A stretch of DNA of 32,000 bases from Candidatus Scalindua sp. (GCA_031316235.1 JALDRA010000001.1:2250001-2282000), one strand, 5' to 3'. Counted from the first letter of the stretch, positions 6,753 to 15,192 are shown. Made by a program: numbers and translations. Notes: generated by a model not told the origin, from the sequence alone.

Positions 6753-8758
6753 CGTGAGTTTATTACGAAAGTGATATTGTTTTAAGGTGTGTATGCTGTA
6801 ACCAGTTACAACGTAATTTGTTACAGTTTTTTTTGTATCAATATTTAATGTATACACTGAATATAATATTATTAATACTTGCTTAACATTCAATATGTAG
6901 TATAATTACTGCTTTATTACAACATATGTATACACTAAGTCAGGAGGAAGCTATCGCCACCATTCAATCAAAAACCTCAAGAGGCTACAAATACTGGTAT
7001 ATAGTTGAATCCAGACGCGTAAACGGAAAACCAAGACCAATCGTATTGGCATATCTTGGTAAAGCCAATGACCTGTTGAGAAGGCTACAGGGCCTTACAG
7101 AAGGGTTACGGTTAAAATCATATTCGCATGGCGCTGTGGCAGCACTACTCAATGTCGCCCATAAATTAGATGTCACTACTATAATAAACAAACATATAAA
7201 CGCTCAAAGGCCTTATATGTCCGAAAAACCTACAAGAAACAATCTGACAGCAGGGATTACCTTTTTGTTGGGATCAATAGGACGGATTTGCATGCCTACC
7301 AGTAAAAGAGACTGGTGGAACTGGGCAAAGACAACTACCTGCGAATACTTGCTCAGGTGCAGTTTGAGCAAAATAGATAGCCAGCATTATTGGGATTTGA
7401 TGGACGCTCTGCCTGTAGAATCAATACCAGAAATTGAACACGAGTTGCTCGATAATGCTTTCAATACATATGGCCTGAAGAGTGATACTCTTTTTTTTGA
7501 CACGACAAATTTCTTTACCTACATTGATAGCACAAATATGAGGTGCGCGATTGCACAGCGAGGCAAAAACAAACAAAAGAGATGCGACCTTAGACAGGTA
7601 GGGCTGGCTATGGTGGTTACGCGAGAAGATATGATTCCTGTGTTTCATCATGCTTATGAAGGCAACATGAACGATACGAAAGTTTTTAAAATCGTTATAG
7701 AAAAGATAAAGGGCAGAATAAAAGAATCAGGCTTGAATACAAAGATGCACACGGTTGTCTTTGACCGTGGAAACAATTCCAAGGTGAACCTGGTAATTGT
7801 GAAAAAACTGCAACTGCATTATGTTGGTGCGCTCACCCCTTATCATCACAAGGAGTTGGTAAATGATGCTATGGAGAATTTCCAGGAGCTTGAAGTTGAT
7901 GGTAAGAATATATGGATTTACCGGGACAAACGAATTATTTGGCAAGAAGAGAGGGCCGTTATTGTTTTTATCTCAGAGAGATTAAAGAGTGGGCAGATAA
8001 GGGGAATATATCAATCACTGGGAAAGGCAGAAAAACAGTTACAGCAATTGCAGGAATCTTTGTCTAAACCAAAGGCAAAGAAGCGGGACAGGAAACAATT
8101 GGAAGATAAAATAACAAATATCGTTAAAGGGCAATTTATAAAAGATATTATTGATTGGTCGTTAAATGGGACATCAGAAGGCAAGTTTTGTTTAGAGTTT
8201 ACAATCAATCAAGCAAGACTTGGTGAAATAGAGAAGAAATTGGGATTCAGGATTCTCATGACAGACCGTCATGAATGGGAAACTGTTGAAATTATAAAAA
8301 CTTACTATGGACAATCTATGATTGAACAATCTTTTAAGAACCTTAAAAATCCTTACCACCTTGCACTTAGACCTCAGTTCCATTGGACAGATCAGAAAAT
8401 CAAGGTGCATTTCTTTATTTGTGTACTCGGGTATCTCCTTGCCACAATAGTGTGGAGAGAGGCGAGGACGAAGGCTCAATTCAGGGGGACTTTAGATAGA
8501 TTGATTGACACCCTGAACAATGTGAGGCTTGCTGCAATACTGGAAGACTCAAAGACAAGGGGAAGAGTCAAAGCGGCATATAAGTTGGAAGAAATGTCTG
8601 ATGCGGAAGAAGTGATAATTAAAGCACTGGAGGTTAAAGATGCACACAATAATCGAACAAAGTTTAAGGGTGTTAGTGTATACAATTAGGGTCACACTTA
8701 ACCATAGTAATATACTTATCTTACGGTAGATCAGACTTGCGTTCGTAATAAACTCACG
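6753..8758 (+). mobile_element. IS1634-family (IS4-like) insertion sequence, apparently intact
   Basis: There are 17-bp perfect terminal inverted repeats: CGTGAGTTTATTACGAA at 6753-6769 and its complement at 8742-8758. A single 587-aa transposase gene is present. The flanks reassemble into one continuous sequence when compared with 11445-11571. Confidence 0.8.
6926..8689 (+). CDS. IS1634-family DDE transposase
   Basis: The N-terminus YKYWYIVESRRVNGKPRPIVLAYLGKANDL is typical of IS1634-type transposases. Acidic-residue motifs are FFDTTNFFTY and VVFDRGNNS. The ORF is full length between the inverted repeats. Confidence 0.85.
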   Translation: MYTLSQEEAIATIQSKTSRGYKYWYIVESRRVNGKPRPIVLAYLGKANDLLRRLQGLTEGLRLKSYSHGAVAALLNVAHKLDVTTIINKHINAQRPYMSEKPTRNNLTAGITFLLGSIGRICMPTSKRDWWNWAKTTTCEYLLRCSLSKIDSQHYWDLMDALPVESIPEIEHELLDNAFNTYGLKSDTLFFDTTNFFTYIDSTNMRCAIAQRGKNKQKRCDLRQVGLAMVVTREDMIPVFHHAYEGNMNDTKVFKIVIEKIKGRIKESGLNTKMHTVVFDRGNNSKVNLVIVKKLQLHYVGALTPYHHKELVNDAMENFQELEVDGKNIWIYRDKRIIWQEERAVIVFISERLKSGQIRGIYQSLGKAEKQLQQLQESLSKPKAKKRDRKQLEDKITNIVKGQFIKDIIDWSLNGTSEGKFCLEFTINQARLGEIEKKLGFRILMTDRHEWETVEIIKTYYGQSMIEQSFKNLKNPYHLALRPQFHWTDQKIKVHFFICVLGYLLATIVWREARTKAQFRGTLDRLIDTLNNVRLAAILEDSKTRGRVKAAYKLEEMSDAEEVIIKALEVKDAHNNRTKFKGVSVYN

Positions 8759-8900
8759 CTAGACCTTTCGAGACGGGTTAAAAATCCATCACTTCCAGGA
8801 GGCCGTCCAGTTCGTTCGTGCTGCTGTAACATTTTTACATCTTGTTCTGAAGTTGTTGAATTAAGAAACTCATTCCAGCCATCTATCATCTCATCGAATG
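8759..8900 (-). pseudogene. Upstream piece of the Y1-transposase-like (COG1943/RAYT-like) C-terminal remnant
   Basis: The minus-strand translation is PFDEMIDGWNEFLNSTTSEQDVKMLQQHERTGRPPGSDGFLTRLERS. The TGRP.GS..F...LE...GR.L.P...GRKPK tail is the pattern I recall from IS200-like/REP-associated tyrosine transposase homologues. No catalytic HUH/Tyr region is present. Confidence 0.5.
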
Positions 8901-8901
8901 G

Positions 8902-9117
8902 TCAGGTTCTTTGTGATGTTAATGTTACAGTTTCTTGATCAACCTTTTGTAGTGCTTTTTGGATATGAGTAACTTCATTTTCCTCAAAAAATGGTTCTCC
9001 GCATTGAGTACATACCCATGCAGGGATAGAGTCCCAGGAAATATGGTAGCCATTCCTATCCACGCTGAAGGGGGCTTTACCCTTAACCATTTTACCTTTA
9101 CAGTGAAAACATTCCAT
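8902..9117 (-). CDS. YgiT-type zinc-finger (MqsA-like) antitoxin candidate
   Basis: MECFHCKGKM...VCTQCGEPFFEE gives two CxxC pairs, typical of a YgiT/MqsA N-terminal zinc ribbon. It lies 1 nt downstream of the DUF4258 gene. Confidence 0.75.
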   Translation of the reverse strand: MECFHCKGKMVKGKAPFSVDRNGYHISWDSIPAWVCTQCGEPFFEENEVTHIQKALQKVDQETVTLTSQRT

Positions 9118-9118
9118 T

Positions 9119-9427
9119 TTATCTCCTTGTTTTGAAATCTGTCGACCACTGGTTTGGTTCTGGTAAATAAGCGGTAACTATTACTAAATAATCTGCTCTT
9201 GGAGCAGACACTACGTGCACAGGTCGTTTACTTGGCGTATGGAATATTAAACAACTCTCTCCTCTTGGATCATCCGTGTATTCTTCTATTACCTCGCCAT
9301 GTAAAATCGTTTTGTGTACTTCATCGGTGGTAATCATTCTGTCTGGTCGGGACATTTGTTTGATCGCATGCGGTAAAAAAAGAATATGCTTGTTTGCAGC
9401 GGAAATGACCTTTTGTTTCATTAACAT
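9119..9427 (-). CDS. DUF4258-family toxin candidate
   Basis: ...LFLPHAIKQMSRPDRMITTDEVHKTILHGEVIEEYTDDPRGESCLIF...PVHVVSA...LVIVTAYLPEPNQW matches the DUF4258 pattern (HA..rM.eR.I....V......G.vIe.Y..D.p......PlHvV.....iTvY.P....W). Confidence 0.75.
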   Translation of the reverse strand: MLMKQKVISAANKHILFLPHAIKQMSRPDRMITTDEVHKTILHGEVIEEYTDDPRGESCLIFHTPSKRPVHVVSAPRADYLVIVTAYLPEPNQWSTDFKTRR

Positions 9428-9583
9428 ATTTCCAGGACATGCTTTTTATTGTCTGTTAATTGAGAAAGACATTCAATGTTCGAGAATGAATATTCTTTTA
9501 TACTTCGATTTCCTTCTTTAACATTTTTCTCTTTTTGTCCTCGCATTAAATACAAAAGTCTGCTGTTATCGTTTAAAATGAAA

Positions 9584-9685
9584 TATACTCATCTTACAAT
9601 GGTTTTCGGATAAAATCCGAGATAAAATTGAGCGAGTATACCTTCGCCAAGATTTGGTTTCCGGTAAAACCGAAAACCAAATCGG
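9584..9685 (+). repeat. Structured intergenic repeat family R2, copy 1 (three-hairpin, ~100 nt)
   Basis: TATACTCATCT...GGTTTTCGGATAAAATCCGAGATAAAATTGAGCGAGTATACCTTCGCCAAGATTTGGTTTCCGGTAAAACCGAAAACCAAATCGG. Related copies lie at 15064-15192 and 30299-30396. Internal palindromes are TCGGAT/ATCCGA, TATACTC/GAGTATA and GATTTGGTTTCCGG/CCGAAAACCAAATC. Confidence 0.75.
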
Positions 9686-9790
9686 TAAAATCATTGTACC
9701 GTTTTTTTACTATAGTTCAATTTTTTTAATTGCCGAACTTTGATTTATAAAGAAGTCAGTCATCGTATTTAAGTTTTGATGGTATTCCTT

Positions 9791-9853
9791 AACAATGCTA
9801 TATTCTTGCTTATGCCAAGAAAGTAATTTCGCGTAGGGCAGGCATTGCCTGCC
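9791..9853 (+). repeat. Repeat family R1, copy 1: AT-rich module with a small hairpin, then a REP-like GTAG plus GC-rich hairpin
   Basis: AACAATGCTATATTCTTGCTTATGCCAAGAAAGTAATTTCGC-GTAG-GGCAGGC-ATT-GCCTGCC, with GTAG at 9833-9836 and a 7-bp stem at 9837-9853. Copies lie at 12364-12427 and 21523-21586. Confidence 0.75.
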
Positions 9854-9952
9854 AGTAAAAACCACCATCACAATAATTTGTGTTAGTAAAATAGTTATAC
9901 CCGTTTCAATAATTCACACCCTGTAAATATCTCGACTTACTATAAATGAAGA

Positions 9953-9971
9953 TAGGCAATGCCTACCCTAC
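9953..9971 (-). repeat. Inverted REP-like unit (GTAGGG-TAGGC-ATT-GCCTA on the minus strand)
   Basis: The plus strand reads TAGGCAATGCCTACCCTAC. Its reverse complement, GTAGGGTAGGCATTGCCTA, matches GTAGGGCAGGCATTGCCTG of R1 copy 1 about 120 nt away, in opposite orientation. Confidence 0.55.
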
Positions 9972-10162
9972 TGCCTTCTTGTCCCGTATGAATAACCGTA
10001 TACTATAATCTTTAACAACATCTTTGGATGGTATTCTTTTGCTCCCGCTTTTATTGCATTTATTACTATTCCCAGATCGGAAAAATTTAATGCATCTATA
10101 AATGCATCATATACTCGTACAGGATCATTTGGCAGACAAGCGCAATTTCTGCTGAAGCTCAA
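9968..10162 (-). pseudogene. N-terminal fragment of an IS5/IS1182-type (DUF772-containing) transposase
   Basis: ...VRVYDAFIDALNFSDLGI...GAKEYHPKMLLKIIVYGYSYGTR resembles the conserved YHP..MLK.L.YGYSYG.RS N-terminal region. It truncates after 64 aa exactly at the inverted REP-like unit. Confidence 0.55.
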
Positions 10163-10916
10163 CCATGGGACTCTGGTTTACTTTAAACATTCCTTCTGCA
10201 CCCCGATCAAGATCCAAAACAAGTAATAAAATTGCCGAAAATACAAGAGACAGAATCAGACTAATCAGAATACCTCCACCTCTGTTATGGCCGAAGTCAT
10301 AACCTACAGAAAACATTGTTAGTATCATCACAAAATAAAGCACCATCCAGATACTTCCAGGTATGCGGTACACAAGAAAGACTGTTACCCGTTTCTCTTG
10401 CAGGTCAATAACCTCGTTTAGTGACTGTGCATAAAGTCCAAACAATACCGAATCATTATTTTTTCTGGAAAGTGAGGTCACCTGTGACCAAAGCAGCCTA
10501 TGCAACTCCTCTGATTCCACCAATGCTTTTGATAGTTCAGCTGGATTCCTAGCCACTTCCACCCTGATATCTACATATCTCTTTAATATTTTTCGAGTCT
10601 CTGAACCTTCTGGTTCAGCCAAAAAATCTGTGCGCAAATAAGCGGTACCGATAGCGCTGACCTCGTCCAATAATAATTGCTTGCGAGAATCATATCGGGA
10701 AGCTGCCAGTCCAAAAGTGAAAGCGAGTATGAATGCAAGTAAGCCGAGCATTGAGCCAATAATCGTTCCTGTTGGAGTTTCTTTTTTATGGGTCTTGTGG
10801 TGCCTTATATAGCTTCCCAGTTTGAATCCAATTGTTATCGAGAGAAAGACTATAGCAGTTGTGATGATATACATCAATGGAAGGGGAATTTTGTCAAATG
10901 CGAAATTGATATCCAT
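10125..10916 (-). CDS. Integral membrane protein, DUF4239-like (function unknown)
   Basis: The likely start is the Met of MDINFAFDKIPLPL (10916); the track ORF extends to 10979. Two N-terminal TM helices, a soluble helical middle and two C-terminal TM helices fit the DUF4239 architecture as I recall it. Confidence 0.5.
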   Translation of the reverse strand: MDINFAFDKIPLPLMYIITTAIVFLSITIGFKLGSYIRHHKTHKKETPTGTIIGSMLGLLAFILAFTFGLAASRYDSRKQLLLDEVSAIGTAYLRTDFLAEPEGSETRKILKRYVDIRVEVARNPAELSKALVESEELHRLLWSQVTSLSRKNNDSVLFGLYAQSLNEVIDLQEKRVTVFLVYRIPGSIWMVLYFVMILTMFSVGYDFGHNRGGGILISLILSLVFSAILLLVLDLDRGAEGMFKVNQSPMVELQQKLRLSAK

Positions 10917-11444
10917 ATAATAGACGAATCCTTTCCCGGGACAGTTGACAAGAATATAATCAGTTTCTGAATAATACAACTATTGCAACAATAACCAAAT
11001 AACCCTGCATTTCAATTGAAAAAATAACAGAAATGGCTACCTGATTTCAATCTGAATATCAATCAACCATAAATCATGAGCGTTTCATTATGAAAAAGAC
11101 AATATCGTATTGCTATAACAATATGCGTCTTGCTTCTTGTTATAGTTTTGATGGATAAAACATTTTGATTGCGGTTGTCAAAAGGACAGAGCAAGACATC
11201 ACAAACCTCATTCTTCCTGTAAATCCACACTTTAGATTAACACATTAGCCCTGGAACCCAAATAGAATAACCTTCTTCTGTTTTCTTAATGTTTACTTTG
11301 TACCTCATAAATCTCTCCAAATTCAATAACTATACTCCGCAATCAGGGTATTTTCGCACTAAATATTTCATTTGTCAATAGGATAGACTCTGACATGACA
11401 AACCTTCATATTTAACACTATGTATACTACTTATCGCTACTTTT

Positions 11445-11571
11445 ATCGGGGGACACCATACCTGTTTTTTGCCTTTCTTGGGTTTTCTCCCTGGACTTTT
11501 GGGTTTGAGTAACCTGCCTATAGACATTTCGAGACGGGTTGAAAATCTATCACTTCCAGGAGGACGTCCAG
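11445..11571 (-). pseudogene. Second, uninterrupted copy of the Y1-transposase-like C-terminal remnant
   Basis: The minus strand encodes ...GRPPGSDRFSTRLEMSIGRLLKPKSPGRKPKKGKKQVW. At the nucleotide level it is collinear with 6673-6752 plus 8759-8810 (high but imperfect identity, by eye). Confidence 0.55.
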
Positions 11572-11858
11572 CCAACAAAAACTGATTATCTAATATTATA
11601 CGATACTCTAAAAAGGAAATTCCTATCATTCATCATCCATCATTATCAATATATTTTACCTTGTCATTGTCTGCAAATATTGTTAAATTAAAACGTAGTA
11701 ACGTCACGTTGGATTGAATAGTGATATAAAGGCATCCTCAGAAAAATAAATGTCAGGAATATGGCAAGTGAGCGACAGTGCCTTATGTACCATTACAGGG
11801 CCTATACACATTTAAACGGGGTAACTGTTTGTAACATTAACGAAAGGAGTATGGACAT

Positions 11859-12257
11859 ATGGGAGCAACGGTAAATAGTTTTAAAGCAACACACCAGGCA
11901 GCAGCAGGTTTATTAGGGCAAATTAATTCTCAGAGCGGACAAGAAAGAGCCAATACCCTTAATGGTTTAAAGGAGGCTTTATTAGCACACGTTGGAGAAG
12001 AAAATAAAGTTATAACAGAAGCAATCGAAAAGTCAAAAGATGAGTCTTTTAAGTCGGCAGCAAGGGCGTTTCTAGATGAACTCGGAAAGATTGCCGAGAC
12101 TGCGTTATTGCCATTCTTCGGTAAATATTCATCAGCTGATGCTGTAGATAGCGACGATTTTGCGAATGATTTCGCTGGTATAAAAAACGCACTTGTAGAC
12201 AGGATTGCGTTTGAGGAAGCAAAGTTTTATCCAGAACTTGAAAAGCTTGGTTATTGA
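11859..12257 (+). CDS. Small soluble helical protein, tentatively hemerythrin-like (HHE-type) domain
   Basis: RBS AAAGGAG upstream. ...LKEALLAHVGEENKVI... and ...RIAFEEAKFYPELEK resemble the H...EE / ..FEE..l.P helices of hemerythrin-like domains, but the ligand set looks incomplete. Confidence 0.4.
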   Translation: MGATVNSFKATHQAAAGLLGQINSQSGQERANTLNGLKEALLAHVGEENKVITEAIEKSKDESFKSAARAFLDELGKIAETALLPFFGKYSSADAVDSDDFANDFAGIKNALVDRIAFEEAKFYPELEKLGY

Positions 12258-12363
12258 GTTACACAAGCAACACTGATAATGCATCAATTAATCGTTTACC
12301 CCGTTTTAATGTTGTAAAGGAGGCAGACCTCGCATTATTACGTATTGATGGTGTCCCTTACGT

Positions 12364-12427
12364 AATAATGCTATATTCTTGCTTATGCCAAGAAAGTATT
12401 TCCAAGCAGGGCAGGCAATGCCTGCCC
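12364..12427 (+). repeat. Repeat family R1, copy 2
   Basis: AATAATGCTATATTCTTGCTTATGCCAAGAAAGTATTTCCAA-GCAGGGCAGGC-AAT-GCCTGCCCTGC. The stem is extended to 11 bp and the tetranucleotide is GCAG instead of GTAG. Confidence 0.7.
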
Positions 12428-12684
12428 TGCTTGACTACCCATTCTGTTTAAGTGCGTCTAAACGTCCAGTGTGGTTATGTCTTGATAGAGTGCCTAATTG
12501 CCATAGTGTGGAAGGCACTCGTAAGGGGCATGCCTGGTACCCCCAATATACAACAGTGTGTTGGTGAAATAGCTGGGAGCAAGGCCCCTTAGAGTCTGGA
12601 TCCCCATTGGTCCGGGATTCGTCGTGGTTGGTATTTGGGTTGTGATGTGTTTCGTAATACTATTACCAGTAGCGGATTTTCGAT

Positions 12685-14718
12685 ATGGAAAACCTGCAAA
12701 TAAACATCAATCATGTCTGGGTTATGGCTGCAGCCTGTATGGTATTTTTCATGCAACTGGGCTTTACCTCCTACGAAGCGGGCTTCGCACAATCAAAAAA
12801 TGCCATTAGCGTTTCTATTAGAAACCTGATGGTTACTGTCATAGCTCCCCTGGTATTTTACACCTTTGGATTTGGATTTATGTTTGGTGAAAGCTATGTT
12901 GGGTGGATTGGATTAGATCATTTCTTTGCCAGAGGGGTAATGACACATCAGGGTAATCTGGCTTTTAGCTTTTTCTTTTTTCAATTGGTCTTTGCCGCTA
13001 CTGCCGCTACCATAATGACAGGCGCTATGGCAGAACGTTCGAATTTTATTTCTAATGTGGTGGGAGTCGTATTTGTGACAGGCATTATCTACCCGATTTT
13101 CGGCCATTGGGTATGGGGGAATCTCTTTTGTCCAGAACAATCCGGCTGGCTGGGAAGATTGGGGTTTATTGATTTTGCAGGCTCCACGGTGGTGCACTCG
13201 ATTGGCGGATGGTTTGCTTTGGCCGGGGCATTGGTTGTGGGTCCAAGAATTGGTAAGTATAATCCCGATGGTTCTTCAAATCGAATGGGGTTACATAACA
13301 TTCCGTTGGCTACACTGGGTACTTTTTTCCTCTGGTTTGGTTGGTTTGGATTTAATGGAGGAAGTCTCTTCCGGTCAGGCGCAAACATAGGCCTCGTTAT
13401 TACAAACACAAATCTTGCGCCGGCAGCAGCAGGAGCATCAGCGCTGATATTTAATTACATAAAGGAGAAGAGAATCAATGTTGACAGGTTTTTCACAGCG
13501 ATCCTGGCAGGACTGGTAGCGATAACAGCAGGCTCTAACAGGCTAAATCCTGAAGACGCTGTTTATATCGGTCTTATTACAGGTATCGTTGTGATCCTGG
13601 CTCAGGACTTTATTGAAAAGATATTAAAGATCGATGATCCCGTGGCTGCCATCGCCGTTCATGGGGTGGGAGGCGTTATAGGCACCCTCTGCGTTGCGCC
13701 TTTCGCCGACAAATCAACCCTTCTTGTTGAAAACAACAGCCGCATTCTCCAACTGGGCATTCAGGCAGTTGGCGTTGGGACAGCCTTTGTATGGTCGTTT
13801 GGGCTGGGAATTCTATTCTTCTGGTGCGTCAAAAAGACTTTAGGCATACGGGTAAGCCCTGAGGAAGAAAGAAAGGGGCTCAATGTGGCCGAATACGAAG
13901 ACGTGGCTTCCTGGCTTGATTTTATTCGTATTACAAGGCTTCAAGACTTGAACACCCTCCTGGAAAAGAGAGTTGAAGAAAGAACAGATGAACTTCATAA
14001 GACAAACATTGCACTGGAAAAGGCCAACAGACTTAAATCAGAGTTTTTGGCTAACATGTCTCATGAGTTGCGTACTCCACTCAATGCAATCATTGGTTTT
14101 GCCGAAGTTTTAAGGGACGAAGTCGTCGGGGCCCTCAGCGCCGAACAAAAAGAATACCTGAGCGATATTCACGGAAGCGGCCAGCACCTGCTCAATATGA
14201 TTGACAGCATCCTGGATCTATCAAAAATTGAGGCCGGGAAATTAGAACTCCACTACGAAGAGTTTCCAATAAAAGAGACTGTCAATGAGGTGCTTAATAC
14301 CATTATTGGAATCTCCAATAAGAAGGGCATTCAGATACATAGTAACATCCAGACGGATGTTCCTTCCATAAAAGGAGACAAAGTAAAGTTTAAACAGATA
14401 ATGTTCAATCTATTATCCAACGCTGTCAAGTTTACGCCGGAAAATGGCAGGGTTGTTATCAATGCAGGCCTTAAGAACCAGCATATCCAGGTTGCAGTGA
14501 GCGACACCGGTATCGGAATAAAACCTGAAGACATGGACAAAATATTTGAAGCATTTCTTCAGGTAGATGCCTCATACGCACGTCATTATGAGGGAACCGG
14601 ACTTGGCTTGACACTCACAAAACGACTGATCGAATTGCACGGAGGCAAGATATGGGTAATAAGCGACTTTGGGAAAGGAAGCACCTTTACTTTTACGCTA
14701 CCCTTAAAACCAAAATAA
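12685..14718 (+). CDS. amt: Ammonium transporter (Amt/MEP) domain fused to a histidine kinase (HisKA + HATPase_c); Ks-Amt5-type ammonium sensor kinase
   Basis: The N-terminal ~400 aa carry Amt hallmarks (FMQLGFTSYEAG, DFAGSTVVHSIGG, FGWFGFNGGS, AVHGVGG). A coiled-coil linker leads to the H-box SHELRTPLN, an N-box (LLSNAVKFT) and G-boxes (DTGIGI, GTGLGL). Confidence 0.9.
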   Translation: MENLQININHVWVMAAACMVFFMQLGFTSYEAGFAQSKNAISVSIRNLMVTVIAPLVFYTFGFGFMFGESYVGWIGLDHFFARGVMTHQGNLAFSFFFFQLVFAATAATIMTGAMAERSNFISNVVGVVFVTGIIYPIFGHWVWGNLFCPEQSGWLGRLGFIDFAGSTVVHSIGGWFALAGALVVGPRIGKYNPDGSSNRMGLHNIPLATLGTFFLWFGWFGFNGGSLFRSGANIGLVITNTNLAPAAAGASALIFNYIKEKRINVDRFFTAILAGLVAITAGSNRLNPEDAVYIGLITGIVVILAQDFIEKILKIDDPVAAIAVHGVGGVIGTLCVAPFADKSTLLVENNSRILQLGIQAVGVGTAFVWSFGLGILFFWCVKKTLGIRVSPEEERKGLNVAEYEDVASWLDFIRITRLQDLNTLLEKRVEERTDELHKTNIALEKANRLKSEFLANMSHELRTPLNAIIGFAEVLRDEVVGALSAEQKEYLSDIHGSGQHLLNMIDSILDLSKIEAGKLELHYEEFPIKETVNEVLNTIIGISNKKGIQIHSNIQTDVPSIKGDKVKFKQIMFNLLSNAVKFTPENGRVVINAGLKNQHIQVAVSDTGIGIKPEDMDKIFEAFLQVDASYARHYEGTGLGLTLTKRLIELHGGKIWVISDFGKGSTFTFTLPLKPK

Positions 14719-15063
14719 AAATATCTCTTAACTCCAAGTATGCAAAATGATTTTCCGCAAAAGGTAACTTGTTTTTTTTTTTAGTAATGCCTAAATTCTG
14801 CAAATGCCACCCTTGAAACTTCCTGCAGTAGTATTTGTTTCCATTTTTATTCTCTCATAAAGACTCAATAAAGAGAGAAAGTAATTTAAATCTTCTGATC
14901 TCAATAAGTTATATATTGAGAGAATTCATAATCTTTATCGAGTGGTAAACCTTAGGGAGTTTCAAAATCAGAAATAACAAAAACGGTTTGAGCTGTCAGG
15001 GGTCTTCGTTCTACCAGGAAAAGTATTCTTTTTGCATAACCTGAATAGGCTCACATTACCTAT

Positions 15064-15192
15064 TATACTCATCTCATACTGGATTTCGGATACAATCCGA
15101 GATAAATTTGAGCGAGTAAAGTCCTCGGCGCTTTTTGTCCGGGGATACTTTCACCAGGATTTGGTTTCCGGTAAAACCGAAAACCAAATCGG
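15064..15192 (+). repeat. Repeat family R2, copy 2, carrying a ~27-nt inserted submodule
   Basis: It has the same modules as copy 1. AAAGTCCTCGGCGCTTTTTGTCCGGGG (15118-15144) is inserted between hairpins; the reverse complement of that submodule occurs at 30249-30273 next to copy 3. Confidence 0.75.

Noticed and set aside
6591-6893. A 100-aa minus-strand ORF spanning the IS left end.
   Set aside because: It crosses the IS boundary (6753), is very AT-rich and Ile/Asn/Tyr-rich, and has no motif. It is most likely a chance ORF in promoter and inverted-repeat DNA.
9791-9853. Possibility that R1 repeats are integron attC sites flanking TA cassettes.
   Set aside because: The inverse-core/core consensus (RYYYAAC ... 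GTTRRRY) is not conserved among the three copies. No intI gene or ordered cassette array is visible.
12254-12809. Short ORFs 12254-12451, 12379-12567, 12589-12792(-) and 12624-12809 between the hemerythrin-like gene and Amt-HK.
   Set aside because: They run through repeat R1 copy 2 or overlap the Amt-HK start. They are Cys/Leu-rich nonsense translations with no RBS.
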